From the NCBI GenBank assembly GCA_965232515.1, contig CBDDPY010000002.1, positions 4,992,001 to 5,056,000 of the forward strand: DNA of 64,000 nucleotides, given 5' to 3'. Position numbers and translations under genes: made by a program. Source of the DNA: Alphaproteobacteria bacterium. GTDB lineage: Bacteria; Pseudomonadota; Alphaproteobacteria; GCA-2731375. How positions within the stretch are numbered: position 1 is the stretch's first letter; every line of letters begins with the position of its first letter. Positions 28,106-37,927 of this stretch are shown piece after piece. Below the pieces are notes generated by a model. It was not told the DNA's origin, did not search any database, and worked only from the letters and a program-made list of their open reading frames with translations.

Positions 28106-28124
28106 CTGAACGAGGAATTCTCTG

Positions 28125-28478
28125 ATGGCCTACGTAGACGGATTTGTCGCCGCCGTGCCGACCGCCAACCGCGACGCCTTCATCGAACACGCGAAAATCA
28201 GCGCCGAGGTCATCAAGGAATGCGGCGCCTTGAAGGTCGTCGAATGCTGGGGCGACGACGTGCCCGACGGCGAGCTCACCTCGTTTCCGCTGGCGGTAAA
28301 GAAACGGGATGACGAAACCGTCATCTTTTCGTGGATCGTCTGGCCGTCAAAGGACTTACGTGACGCGGGCATGCAGAAGATGATGGCGGACCCGCGCATG
28401 CAGCCCGACACGAACCCGATGCCCTTCGACGGCAAGCGCATCATCTTCGGCGGCTTCGAGATGATCCTGGAAAGCTGA
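28125..28478 (+). CDS. DUF1428 (YbaA-like) protein
   Basis: YVDGFVAAVP, ECWGDDVPDG..TSFP, MPFDGKR.IFGGF. Confidence 0.9.
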   Translation: MAYVDGFVAAVPTANRDAFIEHAKISAEVIKECGALKVVECWGDDVPDGELTSFPLAVKKRDDETVIFSWIVWPSKDLRDAGMQKMMADPRMQPDTNPMPFDGKRIIFGGFEMILES

Positions 28479-28513
28479 CGGCGCTTGGCGCAAGCTGTTA
28501 GGGGAGGCCCGAC

Positions 28514-29596
28514 ATGGCCCGGAAAGTCCATGTGCTGATCGGCACCAAGAAGGGCGCCTTTGTGCTCGACGGCGACGCGGCGCGCAATTCGTGGTCGCTT
28601 CGCGGCCCGTTCTGCGAGACCTGGCCCATCAATCACGTCGTCGCCGACCCGGCGAGCGGCGTGATCTACGGCGCCGGCGGCAACGAGTGGTTCGGCCCGG
28701 CGGTGTGGAGGTCCGAAGACCTTGGTGAAAGCTGGACCCACTCGAGCGACGGCCTCGCCTATCCGGAAGGCCAGGACCCGGTCAAATCCGTCTGGAGCCT
28801 GGCGCCCGACGGCGACGGCCTCTACGCCGGCGTCGAGCCGGCCGGGCTGTTCCGCAGCGACGATGCCGGCCAGACCTGGCGGCACCTGCCCGGTTTGCAG
28901 GACCATCCCTCGCGCGCCGAATGGGAGCCGGGCGGCGCCGGCCTGATCCTGCATTCGATCGTCCGCCACCCGGCCGACCCGCAACAGCTCTGGATCGGCA
29001 TCTCGGCCGCGGGCGTGTTCCACACGTCGGACGGCGGCGTCACCTGGCAGCCGCGCAACCAGGGCACCCGCTGCGACTTTCTGCCGGAGGACCAGCGCTA
29101 TCCCGAATTCGGCCAGTGCGTGCATTCGCTGGCGATCGCGCCCGGCATGCCGGACCGCCTCTATCAGCAGAACCATTGCGGCATGTACCGCTCGGACGAC
29201 GGCGGCCGGTCCTGGGAAAGCATCGAGGCAGGCCTGCCGTCGACGTTCGGCTTTCCCGCGGCCGCGCATCCGCGCGACCCGGCGACGCTCTATCTGGTGC
29301 CGCTGAACGGCGACGTGCAGGGCCGTTACATGCCCGACGGCAGGGCCGCGGTCTGGCGCACGCGCGACGCCGGCGCCACCTGGCAGGACCTGCGCGCCGG
29401 CCTGCCGCAGCAGAACGCCTTCCTCGGCGTCCTTCGCCAGGCCATGGCGGCGGACTCGCTCGAGCCAGCCGGAATCTATTTCGGCACCTCGTCGGGCGCG
29501 CTGTTCGCCAGCGCCGACGAGGGCGAGAGCTGGACCTGCATCGCCCAGCACCTGCCGACCATCAGTTCGGTCGAAACCCTGGTCGTCGAGGCCTAG
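28514..29596 (+). CDS. BNR/Asp-box beta-propeller (sialidase-like/YCF48-like) protein
   Basis: Repeated S.D.G.[TS]W Asp-boxes; GTKKGAF, GQCVH, QQNHCG motifs. Confidence 0.88.
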   Translation: MARKVHVLIGTKKGAFVLDGDAARNSWSLRGPFCETWPINHVVADPASGVIYGAGGNEWFGPAVWRSEDLGESWTHSSDGLAYPEGQDPVKSVWSLAPDGDGLYAGVEPAGLFRSDDAGQTWRHLPGLQDHPSRAEWEPGGAGLILHSIVRHPADPQQLWIGISAAGVFHTSDGGVTWQPRNQGTRCDFLPEDQRYPEFGQCVHSLAIAPGMPDRLYQQNHCGMYRSDDGGRSWESIEAGLPSTFGFPAAAHPRDPATLYLVPLNGDVQGRYMPDGRAAVWRTRDAGATWQDLRAGLPQQNAFLGVLRQAMAADSLEPAGIYFGTSSGALFASADEGESWTCIAQHLPTISSVETLVVEA

Positions 29597-29616
29597 GCCG
29601 CGCGGGGAAGACGGCG

Positions 29617-29886
29617 ATGCCCACGGTCACGGTCGTGCTGCCCCGGCCGTTCAAGACGCTGTTTCCGGACGCGCCCGCGCGGCTCGACGTCACCGCCGCA
29701 ACGGTCGCCGACCTGCTCGACGCCCTCGACGACCGCTGGCCCGGAATGCGCGACCGGGTCCGCGACTCGACGCCGGCGATCCGCCGCCACATGAAGGTCT
29801 TCGTCGATGGCGAGCGGGCGACCCTGGACACCCGCCTCGCGCCCGGCGCCGAGGTCTTTATCCTGACGGCGATCAGCGGTGGCTGA
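29617..29886 (+). CDS. MoaD/ThiS family ubiquitin-like sulfur carrier
   Basis: 89 aa ending AISGG; beta-grasp pattern; RBS upstream of ATG 29617. Confidence 0.85.
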   Translation: MPTVTVVLPRPFKTLFPDAPARLDVTAATVADLLDALDDRWPGMRDRVRDSTPAIRRHMKVFVDGERATLDTRLAPGAEVFILTAISGG

Positions 29887-30316
29887 TCCGGGTCGCGATA
29901 AGGCCGCCGCCAACGGCCGCGAGCTGGCCGGCGCCTGCCTCTGCGGCGCCGTGCGCTACGCCGTGGCCGACGCATTCACCTATGCCATGAACTGCCATTG
30001 CTCGAAATGCCGGCGGACGACCGGCGCGGCCTTCAAGCCCTTCGCCGGCATCGCGCGCGACAAGCTGCGCATCACCGATGGCGCGAACGATGTCCAGATC
30101 TTCGGCGACCCCGACCTCCACGACGTTCACTGCCGGCCGTGCGGCTCGCTTCTCTACGCCGTCGTCCGCAACGGCGCCTTCGTCCATGTCGCGATGGGAA
30201 CGCTCATCGATACGCCCAGCATCCGCCCCACCTGCCACATCTTTGTGGGCTCCAAGGCGCCCTGGTTCACCATCACCGACGACCTGCCGCAATACGACGA
30301 ACTCCCCGATCCCTGA
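29879..30316 (+). CDS. GFA/CENP-V family Zn-binding protein
   Basis: GACLCGAV, CHCSKCRR, C..CGS, HIFVGSKAPW. Confidence 0.9.
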   Translation: MADPGRDKAAANGRELAGACLCGAVRYAVADAFTYAMNCHCSKCRRTTGAAFKPFAGIARDKLRITDGANDVQIFGDPDLHDVHCRPCGSLLYAVVRNGAFVHVAMGTLIDTPSIRPTCHIFVGSKAPWFTITDDLPQYDELPDP

Positions 30317-30430
30317 ACGGCTGCGCCGCCCGGACGTCGCCGCAAGCTATGCGCACCGGTGGCATGTGGCCCGGCCATTCGCTAGACTCCCGCCGAACGG
30401 GCGTTCGTATAGCAAAGGATGGGCGGAGCG

Positions 30431-31324
30431 ATGGCGGCGAAGAACTGGCAAGTCAGGCGTCTGACGACGGCGCTGGGGGCGGAGGTAACGGGGCGGCGCT
30501 TGGCCGAGACCGACGCGGCCGACATCCCCGAAATCACGCGCCTGCTGCACGAGCACATGGTGCTGTTCTTTCCCGATCAGCACATGGCCGCCGGCGATCA
30601 GGTCGCCTTCGGCCGCCATTTCGGCCCGCTCGAAGGCCATCCGAACCTGACGGACCGCAACCTCAAGGAGCATCCGGAGCTCTATCGCCTGGCCGCCAGC
30701 CAGGGCGGCATCGCCGACGAATGGCACACCGATCTCACCTTCCTGCCGCAACCGGCCTTGATGTCGATCCTGAACATGAAACAGTGCCCCGAGATCGGCG
30801 GCGACACCATGTGGAGCAGCATGTTCGCCGCCTATGAAGGCCTGTCGGCGCCCATGCAGGAACTCTGCGACGGCCTCAGCGCGCTACACGACGCGCATCC
30901 GCACGACCGCGCCGACCGCACGACCATCCATCCGCTGGTCCGCGTCGACCCCGGCAGCGGCCGCAAGGCGCTTTATGTGAACGAACATTTCACCCGGCGC
31001 ATCGTCGAGATGAATCCGACCGAGAGCGACGCCCTGCTGACCTACCTCACCAACTGGGTCAAGCAGCCGGCCTTCACCGTGCGCTACCACTGGCGGGCCG
31101 GCACCATCGGCATGTGGGACAACCGCTTCACGCAGCACTATGTGATCAACGACTTCGTCGGCGAGCGCGTGATCGAGCGCGTCACCGTGATGGGCGACCG
31201 GCCGAAGGGCGCCGCGCCGCGTTGGCGCCCCTGGACCGAACGCGCCGGCCGCTCCGCCATGACGCGCCACGACCGCCAGCTCATCCGCCACCTCAAATCC
31301 GCGACGGCCGACGCCGCGGAGTGA
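30431..31324 (+). CDS. TauD/TfdA family Fe(II)/2-oxoglutarate dioxygenase
   Basis: WHTD, GGDT.W, HPLVR, WDNR.TQH. Confidence 0.9.
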   Translation: MAAKNWQVRRLTTALGAEVTGRRLAETDAADIPEITRLLHEHMVLFFPDQHMAAGDQVAFGRHFGPLEGHPNLTDRNLKEHPELYRLAASQGGIADEWHTDLTFLPQPALMSILNMKQCPEIGGDTMWSSMFAAYEGLSAPMQELCDGLSALHDAHPHDRADRTTIHPLVRVDPGSGRKALYVNEHFTRRIVEMNPTESDALLTYLTNWVKQPAFTVRYHWRAGTIGMWDNRFTQHYVINDFVGERVIERVTVMGDRPKGAAPRWRPWTERAGRSAMTRHDRQLIRHLKSATADAAE

Positions 31325-31762
31325 CGCAGGCTTTGTACCGGTCTCCGGCCGCGCTTTTCCGGATCGGAATGAACATGCCCGCGACCTGAACGGCCCGTCC
31401 CGGCGAGGGTGGTTGATTCATGTCAACGACGCGGGCCCGCGAAACGCGTTTTTCGGTCTCGGGTTAGGCTGGGCCTTGTCTGCGGCCGATGCGCAGGAGT
31501 CCGGTGCGTGCCCGCGGATGCAATGAATGCCGTGCGCCCAGGCACGGCGAGAAAAGGGGGCGCCATCGCGCGTGTGGCGAACAGGCCGCAATAGGGCGAC
31601 CGAACGAAGGTCCGCTTCCCAAGATCTGCTGGCAATCGCTCTCAAGGACGGCGCTGGGCTCCGCCGCGGTTCCGCTGTGGCGAAAGCACCGGCAGGACCG
31701 CCGCCCGAACGCCGCTTCTTGCGGACCGGCGATCTGCTGCGATCGCCGCCGCCGCGCCAACC

Positions 31763-33136
31763 ATGTCGCCGGATTGGATGACCATGCTGTTTCTTGAGAT
31801 CCTCTTCGTGCTTCTGCTCATTCTCATAAACGGCCTGCTGGCGATGTCGGAGCTCGCCCTGGTGTCGGCGCGGAAAAGCCGGCTTCAGCAGATGGCCGGC
31901 GGCGGCGACAGCGGCGCGCGCGCGGCGCTCGTCCTGATCGACGACCCCAGCCGCTTCCTGTCGACGGTGCAGATCGGCATCACGCTCGTCGGAATTCTGG
32001 CCGGCGCCGTCAGCGGCGCGACATTCGCCGACAAGCTCGGCGACTGGTTCGAGACCTTCCCCGGCTTCGCGCCGCACGGCGATACCGTCGCCATCGGCCT
32101 GGTGGTGGTCGTGATCACCTACATTTCGCTCATCGCCGGCGAGCTGGTGCCGAAGCGCATCGCGCTCGCCGATCCCGAACGCGTCGCCTCGCTCGTCGCC
32201 AGACGGATGAAGCTATTGTCCCGCCTGGCCGCCCCCGCGGTCTGGCTGCTCAAGGTATCGACCGAAGCGGTCCTTCGCTGCATGAGGCTTTCCGAGGCAC
32301 GCAGAGAGACCGTGACCGAGGAGGAGGTGAAGTCGCTGATCGCCGAAGGCACCCAGGCCGGAATCTTCGCGCCGCAGGAGCGCGAGATGATCGATGGCGT
32401 GTTCCGCCTCGCCGACCGGCCCGTGCGGGTCATCATGACGCCGCGTTCGGACGTTGTCTGGGTCGATTCCGGCGCCGACCGGAAAACGCTCAAACGCGTG
32501 GTCGAGACCAGTCGCTTCTCGCGTCTGCTCGTGTGCGACGGTTCGATCGACCGCCCGGTCGGCGTGACGCACACCAAGGATTTATTGCCGCTGGCGCTGA
32601 AAAACGCGCCCATCGCCCTGCCGTCCCTGATGGTGCCGGCGCTGATCGTGCCGGATCGTATCTCCGTCCTGAAGCTCATCGACCGGTTTCGTCTCGAAGG
32701 CGTGCACATGGCCGTCGTCGTCGACCAGTATGGCCTGACCGAGGGTGTCGCGACGCTGACCGATCTCCTGGAGTCGATCGCGGGTGAGCTGCCGGAGTGG
32801 GGCGAAGATGTCAAACTGCTCATCGAGCAACGCGATGACGGCGCCTGGCTCGTCGACGGGACGCTGCCGATCGACGAGTTCGAGGATCGCGTCGGCTTGC
32901 GCGGCCTTCGAGAGCAGGATGACGTGCACACCATCGCCGGCTTCGTCCAGCGGCAATTCGACCGGTTGCCGACCGTCGGCGAGAGTTTCAGCTACCGGGA
33001 TGCCCGCTTCGAGGTCGTCGGCATGGACGGGCGCCGCATCGACAAGGTTCTGGTGCGGCTCGCGCCCGAACCCGCGCACGAGCCGGGATCAAGGCGCGGT
33101 GCGGGTGTGAGCGACCGCATGGCAGCGAAGGATTAG
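31763..33136 (+). CDS. Hemolysin/HlyC-CorC (CNNM + CBS + CorC) transporter
   Basis: MSELALVSARKSRL, FLSTVQIGIT, GELVPKRIAL, CBS pair, DGRRIDKV; exact start uncertain. Confidence 0.92.
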   Translation: MSPDWMTMLFLEILFVLLLILINGLLAMSELALVSARKSRLQQMAGGGDSGARAALVLIDDPSRFLSTVQIGITLVGILAGAVSGATFADKLGDWFETFPGFAPHGDTVAIGLVVVVITYISLIAGELVPKRIALADPERVASLVARRMKLLSRLAAPAVWLLKVSTEAVLRCMRLSEARRETVTEEEVKSLIAEGTQAGIFAPQEREMIDGVFRLADRPVRVIMTPRSDVVWVDSGADRKTLKRVVETSRFSRLLVCDGSIDRPVGVTHTKDLLPLALKNAPIALPSLMVPALIVPDRISVLKLIDRFRLEGVHMAVVVDQYGLTEGVATLTDLLESIAGELPEWGEDVKLLIEQRDDGAWLVDGTLPIDEFEDRVGLRGLREQDDVHTIAGFVQRQFDRLPTVGESFSYRDARFEVVGMDGRRIDKVLVRLAPEPAHEPGSRRGAGVSDRMAAKD

Positions 33137-34044
33137 CTTTTCGGGCCATGTCGCCCGGGCAGCGGCCCGCCACTGACGAAATAGACGCCGGCGGAGATCA
33201 GCACGATGGCCGCCCAGTCGATCGGCGTCGGCCATTCGCCGAGCACCGGGATGCCGAACAGCGCGGTCATCGCCGGGCAGAGCGAGGCGAAGGCGGCGCC
33301 GCTCGAGGCGCCGAGCAGGCTGACCGCGCGGCCGTAGAGCAGGAGCGAGACGATGGCGGTCAGAATCCCCTGAACGACGGCTTGCAGGGCGATGTCGGGC
33401 AGCGGCGCGTTGACCAGGCTTCCGCCCGTCGCCAGCACATAGATCGGCACATAGGTGACCAGCGCGCCGACGGCCGTGATCGCGGCGGCGTGCAGGCCGT
33501 CGAGGCGCGCCTTCCGCATGGCGACCGTATAGCAAGCCCACAGCAGGCCGGCGCATATGAACAGCAGGTGGCCGATGTTCTGCCGCGACCCCAATGTGCC
33601 TCCGGCGCTCCAGACAATGCCGATCACGCCGATCAATACGAGTGCGAAGCCAAGCCGCTTCTGAACGCCGAACGCCTCGCGCAAAACGACCGCCGCCAGC
33701 AGCGCCACCAGCAACGGCATCACGCCGGGAAACAGCGCGCCCGCATGGGCGGCCGGCGCAAAGACCAGGCCCGCATTGGCGACCAAAACCATCGGCGCGC
33801 CACCGCCCAGCAGAACGGCGGCAAAGCCCAGCCAGCCGAGCCGGTGGACGGCCAGGCCATGCTTCAGCAGGTAGGGCAGCACGATCAATCCAGCGACGCC
33901 GAAGCGGATGGCGGTGATGTCCCAGGGCGTCAGACTCGTTTGCAGACTGAGGCGCGCGGCCACGATCCAGCCCGACCAGATGCTGACGGCGCCCAGGCCG
34001 TAGAGCGCGCCGCGCAGATATTCCGAAGCCGTCGGAATCGACAT
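33133..34044 (-). CDS. DMT/EamA family transporter
   Basis: About 10 TM segments with two EamA-like halves; ATG 34044. Confidence 0.85.
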   Translation of the reverse strand: MSIPTASEYLRGALYGLGAVSIWSGWIVAARLSLQTSLTPWDITAIRFGVAGLIVLPYLLKHGLAVHRLGWLGFAAVLLGGGAPMVLVANAGLVFAPAAHAGALFPGVMPLLVALLAAVVLREAFGVQKRLGFALVLIGVIGIVWSAGGTLGSRQNIGHLLFICAGLLWACYTVAMRKARLDGLHAAAITAVGALVTYVPIYVLATGGSLVNAPLPDIALQAVVQGILTAIVSLLLYGRAVSLLGASSGAAFASLCPAMTALFGIPVLGEWPTPIDWAAIVLISAGVYFVSGGPLPGRHGPKS

Positions 34045-34176
34045 GACGCAGAGGTCCGTTGGATGGGCAATCGCGGAAACGATCGACGGGATGACAGGTT
34101 CGCGAATTACCACCGATCCAGGGCCGGACACTGGCAACAATCGGACTCCGACGTTCGGGTGTAAACTCCGACGGCC

Positions 34177-34779
34177 ATGCCGGATGAAATGAGCGCTGTC
34201 GACGTCATCGATGCGGAACGCGCCAACCGGGCGCGCATTGCCCGCGATACCCGGTTCGACGGCCTGTTCTTCACTTGTGTGCGGACGACGAGGATCTATT
34301 GCCGGCCGATCTGCCCGAGCGTCCATGCCCGCGCGGCGAATATTTTCTTCGCGCCCAGCGCTGCGGCGGCGGAGAGATTGGGCTACCGTCCCTGTCTGCG
34401 CTGCCGGCCGGAATCGGCGCCCGGAAGCCCGGCCTGGCGCGGTACTGCGACCACGGTCGCGCGCGCCATGCGGCTGATCGACGAGGGCTATCTGGATCAG
34501 CATTCGGTCGCGGCGCTCGCCGCGACGCTCGGCATTGGCACGCGGCATCTCCTGCGCCTGTTCCGCCGCCATGCCGGCGCCTCGCCCACGCAAGCCGCCG
34601 CTACGCGCCGCGTGCAGGCGGCGAAACGCCTGATCTCGGACACCGACATGCCGCTTTCCGAGGTCGCCTTCGCCGCCGGCTTCAACAGCATCCGCCGCTT
34701 CAACGACGCCTTCCGCAAGACCTACAACCGCGCGCCCACGAGCCTGCGTCGCGGACCGCGGGCCGGCGGCAACAGCTAG
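34177..34779 (+). CDS. Ada metal-binding domain plus AraC HTH regulator (AdaA-like)
   Basis: RD.RFDG.FF..V.TT.IYCRPICP, RPCLRCRPE, AGF.SIRRFNDAF. Confidence 0.9.
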   Translation: MPDEMSAVDVIDAERANRARIARDTRFDGLFFTCVRTTRIYCRPICPSVHARAANIFFAPSAAAAERLGYRPCLRCRPESAPGSPAWRGTATTVARAMRLIDEGYLDQHSVAALAATLGIGTRHLLRLFRRHAGASPTQAAATRRVQAAKRLISDTDMPLSEVAFAAGFNSIRRFNDAFRKTYNRAPTSLRRGPRAGGNS

Positions 34780-34858
34780 CGACGAGATCGTCGAACAAGG
34801 TGCCTGCGGCTCGAATAGCGTTATCCGGCATGGACAGTTCTCTGCGACATGCGGCCGT

Positions 34859-35488
34859 TCATCCCGCGGATGGCGCTGCGGCCGCGAGCGCCGCCGCCGC
34901 GGCGAGCTTGTGTTTCGCCTGCCAGGGCGGCCCGATCGAGCGACCCATCGCGACAAGCGCGGCGTTGATGTCCGCGCCACCCAGCACCGTTGCCGCCTCG
35001 CGAAACACGCGTTCGCGGTCGTACCAGTACACGGACCAGCCGCGCGCTTCGGCCGCCGCCGCAAGGGCCTCGCGATACATCACGGAATCGGCGAAGGTCT
35101 GCGCGCGATTGTCGGCGATGCGCTCCTCGGTCGTCGGCGGAAGCTCGGGGCAGGCGCGGATCGCGATGCGCGCTATCGGCACGGCCACCGCCGCGGCCAG
35201 CGTTTCAAGGCTCGCGCGCGCGCCGTGCGCCGCGGACTCCCGCACCCGCTCGACAAGCTCGATGGCCTCGGCAAGCGAAATCTCCCGCGCCCAGGGGCTG
35301 TCCAGGTAGCGACCCACCGCCCAGGAGCCCTCGTGGTGATGCGGGTGCGTCGGCAGGCCACTATCGGTCAGGTCGACGCGGCGGCGGTCGAGCAGCGCAC
35401 CGTCGGGCCCGACCGTGACCAGCACCGCCGAGTTGCCGTGCTCGGTGACGCCGACGGTCGCGGCGTGGCGCGTTGGTTCGCCTGACAT
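34859..35488 (-). CDS. Hypothetical protein
   Basis: Coding-like codon usage; PTHPHHHEG motif; no family recognised; start uncertain. Confidence 0.6.
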   Translation of the reverse strand: MSGEPTRHAATVGVTEHGNSAVLVTVGPDGALLDRRRVDLTDSGLPTHPHHHEGSWAVGRYLDSPWAREISLAEAIELVERVRESAAHGARASLETLAAAVAVPIARIAIRACPELPPTTEERIADNRAQTFADSVMYREALAAAAEARGWSVYWYDRERVFREAATVLGGADINAALVAMGRSIGPPWQAKHKLAAAAALAAAAPSAG

Positions 35489-35653
35489 GCCGTTCGTGAC
35501 CGGAAACACCTTAAAAATAGGCCTTGCCCGCTCGGTCGCGTGCGTTTGTTTACCTTTGATTTACCATTTTTAACGCATCTTCGCGGCGCCGGACATCGTC
35601 GGCCATGTCCGAATCGATTCGGCGATCTTCAGTGGTCACACAAAGGAAAAGCC

Positions 35654-36022
35654 ATGACCGTAACGAAGACTCAGCTTGCCGATGCCTATGCTGCGGCGCT
35701 GAACAAAAATCTCGGCGACGCCTGGGACACCGACTTCAGCCGCAAGGACGCGAACACGCTCCTCGATCTGCTGTGGCCGGTCGTTTCCGACCTCGCGCTG
35801 AAAGACACCAAGAAGACGAAGCCGGGCAGCGTGCCGCTCGGCCATCTCGGCCGCTTCAAAATGGCCTTCAAGAAGGCGACCAAGTCCCGCAAGGGCACCA
35901 ACCCGTTCACCGGCGAGCCGATGACCTTCAAGGCCAAGCCGGCGACGCTGCAGCCGCGCTTCACCGCCGCCAAGGCGCTGAAGGAAGAGGCGAGCAAGTA
36001 CGCCAAGCGGAAGCTGAAGTAA
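35654..36022 (+). CDS. Divergent HU/IHF-family DNA-binding protein
   Basis: TKTQL N-terminus, LGRF, RKGTNPFTGE arm, PRFTAAKALKE; AAGGA RBS. Confidence 0.85.
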   Translation: MTVTKTQLADAYAAALNKNLGDAWDTDFSRKDANTLLDLLWPVVSDLALKDTKKTKPGSVPLGHLGRFKMAFKKATKSRKGTNPFTGEPMTFKAKPATLQPRFTAAKALKEEASKYAKRKLK

Positions 36023-36075
36023 GGCGTTTGCCGCCAACAGCGGCAACACGACATAGCGGCCACGGCCGCCGACAT

Positions 36076-36100
36076 AACCCCGGCTCCGGCCGGGGTTTTT
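36076..36100 (+). terminator. Rho-independent terminator after the HU-like gene
   Basis: AACCCCGGC-TCCG-GCCGGGGTT hairpin followed by a T run. Confidence 0.85.
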
Positions 36101-36141
36101 CGTTGCAGTAATTCAATCCCGGGGGCGTTAGGCTGGCGCCC

Positions 36142-36660
36142 ATGCTGCCGACGTTCGAGACCGAGAGACTGCTTGTTCGTCCGCGCACGATCGCGGACCT
36201 CGAGGATTGCCTCGCCATGGATCGCGATCCGGCGGTGACGCGCTACGTGCCGGGGCCGTGGGCCGATCCTCCACGCCATCGCGCCTTCGTGCTCGAGCGT
36301 ATGCAGGCCGTCTATCCCGACGGCCTCGGTTATTGGTCCGTCGTCGAGCGTGCGGACTCGACGGCGTTCCTCGGCTGGATCCTGCTGCTGCCCTACGACG
36401 CGGTGAAGGACGAGGTGGAGATCGGTTGGCGTTTCGTGCAGGCGAGCTGGGGCCACGGCTACGCGACCGAGGCCGCGGCGCCGGTCCTGGACCACGCCTT
36501 CCGCACGGTCGGCCTGGACACGGTCGTCGCCGACATCGATCCCGCCAACACCGCCTCGATCCGGGTCGCCGAGAAGCTCGGCCTCGAATGGGTCGAGGAC
36601 CGCGAGATCGGCGGCGAGCGGGTCAAGTCCTACCAGATGCATTTTGAGGAACGGCGATGA
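36142..36660 (+). CDS. GNAT N-acetyltransferase (RimJ/RimL type)
   Basis: FETERL, EIGWRF...WGHGYATEAA, NTASIRVAEKLG. Confidence 0.9.
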   Translation: MLPTFETERLLVRPRTIADLEDCLAMDRDPAVTRYVPGPWADPPRHRAFVLERMQAVYPDGLGYWSVVERADSTAFLGWILLLPYDAVKDEVEIGWRFVQASWGHGYATEAAAPVLDHAFRTVGLDTVVADIDPANTASIRVAEKLGLEWVEDREIGGERVKSYQMHFEERR

Positions 36661-37283
36661 TCGATCAAACGACGCTGATAACCTATCTCGCCATCCTGCT
36701 GGGTTTCGTCTTCATACCCGGCCCGGCCGTGCTGCTGACGCTGGCGCGCGCGTCGGGGTCCGGCACCCGCGCCGGCCTGGCGACGGCGCTCGGCATCGCC
36801 GCGGGCGACATCATCCATACCGTCCTGGCCGTGATCGGCATCTCGGCGGTGGTGCTGGCCTCGGCCTTCCTGTTCAGCCTGATCAAGTATCTCGGCGCCG
36901 CCTATCTCGTCTATCTCGGCCTCAAGGCGATCTTCGAGAAAGCGCCGGGCAACCATCTCGCGCCCACCGGTGGCCTGACATCCAAGGCGGCGTTCCGCCA
37001 GGCGATCCTGGCGGAAGTCCTCAACCCGAAATCCGCCCTGTTCTTCCTGGCCTTCCTGCCGCAATTCGTGCGGCCGGAAAACGGCCTTGTCTCGCTGCAG
37101 CTCATGACACTCGGCGTGCTGTTCGTGCTGATGGGGTTGCTCAGCACCGTGGTTGTGGCCATCGCCGCCGGCCGGGTCGGCACGTTCCTGCGCCGCAATC
37201 CCGTCGTCCTGCGCTGGCAGGGCAAGGTCGTCGGCAGTATCTATTGCGCCCTCGGCGTCCGCTTGGCACTGCAGGAGAAATGA
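36657..37283 (+). CDS. LysE/RhtB family exporter
   Basis: PGP, G.AYL.YLG, LNPK..LFFLAFLPQF. Confidence 0.9.
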   Translation: MIDQTTLITYLAILLGFVFIPGPAVLLTLARASGSGTRAGLATALGIAAGDIIHTVLAVIGISAVVLASAFLFSLIKYLGAAYLVYLGLKAIFEKAPGNHLAPTGGLTSKAAFRQAILAEVLNPKSALFFLAFLPQFVRPENGLVSLQLMTLGVLFVLMGLLSTVVVAIAAGRVGTFLRRNPVVLRWQGKVVGSIYCALGVRLALQEK

Positions 37284-37294
37284 GGCTGACCCGC

Positions 37295-37927
37295 TTACTG
37301 CCGTGACGCCGCGAGATTGATGCCGAGCGCCACCAGGATGCCGCCGCCGATCCGCCCCGCCAAACGGTTGGCCCATGGCGATGTCGTCAGCCGCTGCACG
37401 ATCGTTCCGGACAGCAGGATGCAAACCGCATCCGTGATCGAGAACATCACGTTCACGATGGCGCCCAGGATCAGGATCTGTCCCCAGACCGGCAGCGACG
37501 CGGCGACATCGGTGAATTGCGGCAGAAACGACAGGTAGAAGATCGCCGTCTTCGGGTTCAGCAGCTCGACGACGACGCTGTCGCGGATCGCCCGGCCATC
37601 CGGCTTCGCGCGGGCCGTCGCACACGGCGGCGCGGACAGATTGGCGGACCTGAAAAAGTCGATACCGAGCCAGATCAGATAGGCGGCGCCGCAAAGTTTC
37701 ACCACCCCATAAAGGACGGGCACGGTCTGCAACAACATCGCCAGCCCGAACGCCGCGGCGGCGATATGAACGTAACCGGCCAAATGAAATCCCAGTGCCG
37801 ACAGCCAACCGGCCCGGTGTCCCCGCGCCATGGTCTGCGCCGCCGCGTAGAGCATGCCCGGGCCGGGCACGCAGGCAAACACGGCGGTTGCCAGAAAGAA
37901 CGGCAGCAGCAGCTCGAATGACGCCAT
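37295..37927 (-). CDS. LysE/RhtB family exporter
   Basis: VPGPG, GAAYLIWLG, LNPKTAIFYLSFLPQF. Confidence 0.9.
   Translation of the reverse strand: MASFELLLPFFLATAVFACVPGPGMLYAAAQTMARGHRAGWLSALGFHLAGYVHIAAAAFGLAMLLQTVPVLYGVVKLCGAAYLIWLGIDFFRSANLSAPPCATARAKPDGRAIRDSVVVELLNPKTAIFYLSFLPQFTDVAASLPVWGQILILGAIVNVMFSITDAVCILLSGTIVQRLTTSPWANRLAGRIGGGILVALGINLAASRQ

Noticed and set aside
31325-31762. Riboswitch (yybP-ykoY or M-box) upstream of the CorC-family gene
   Set aside because: GC-rich hairpins are possible, but I could not find the conserved core motifs; an Rfam/Infernal scan is needed.
12397-36660. The two GNAT genes as a recent duplication
   Set aside because: Similarity is concentrated in family motifs (EIGWR, GYATEAA); ordinary paralogy.
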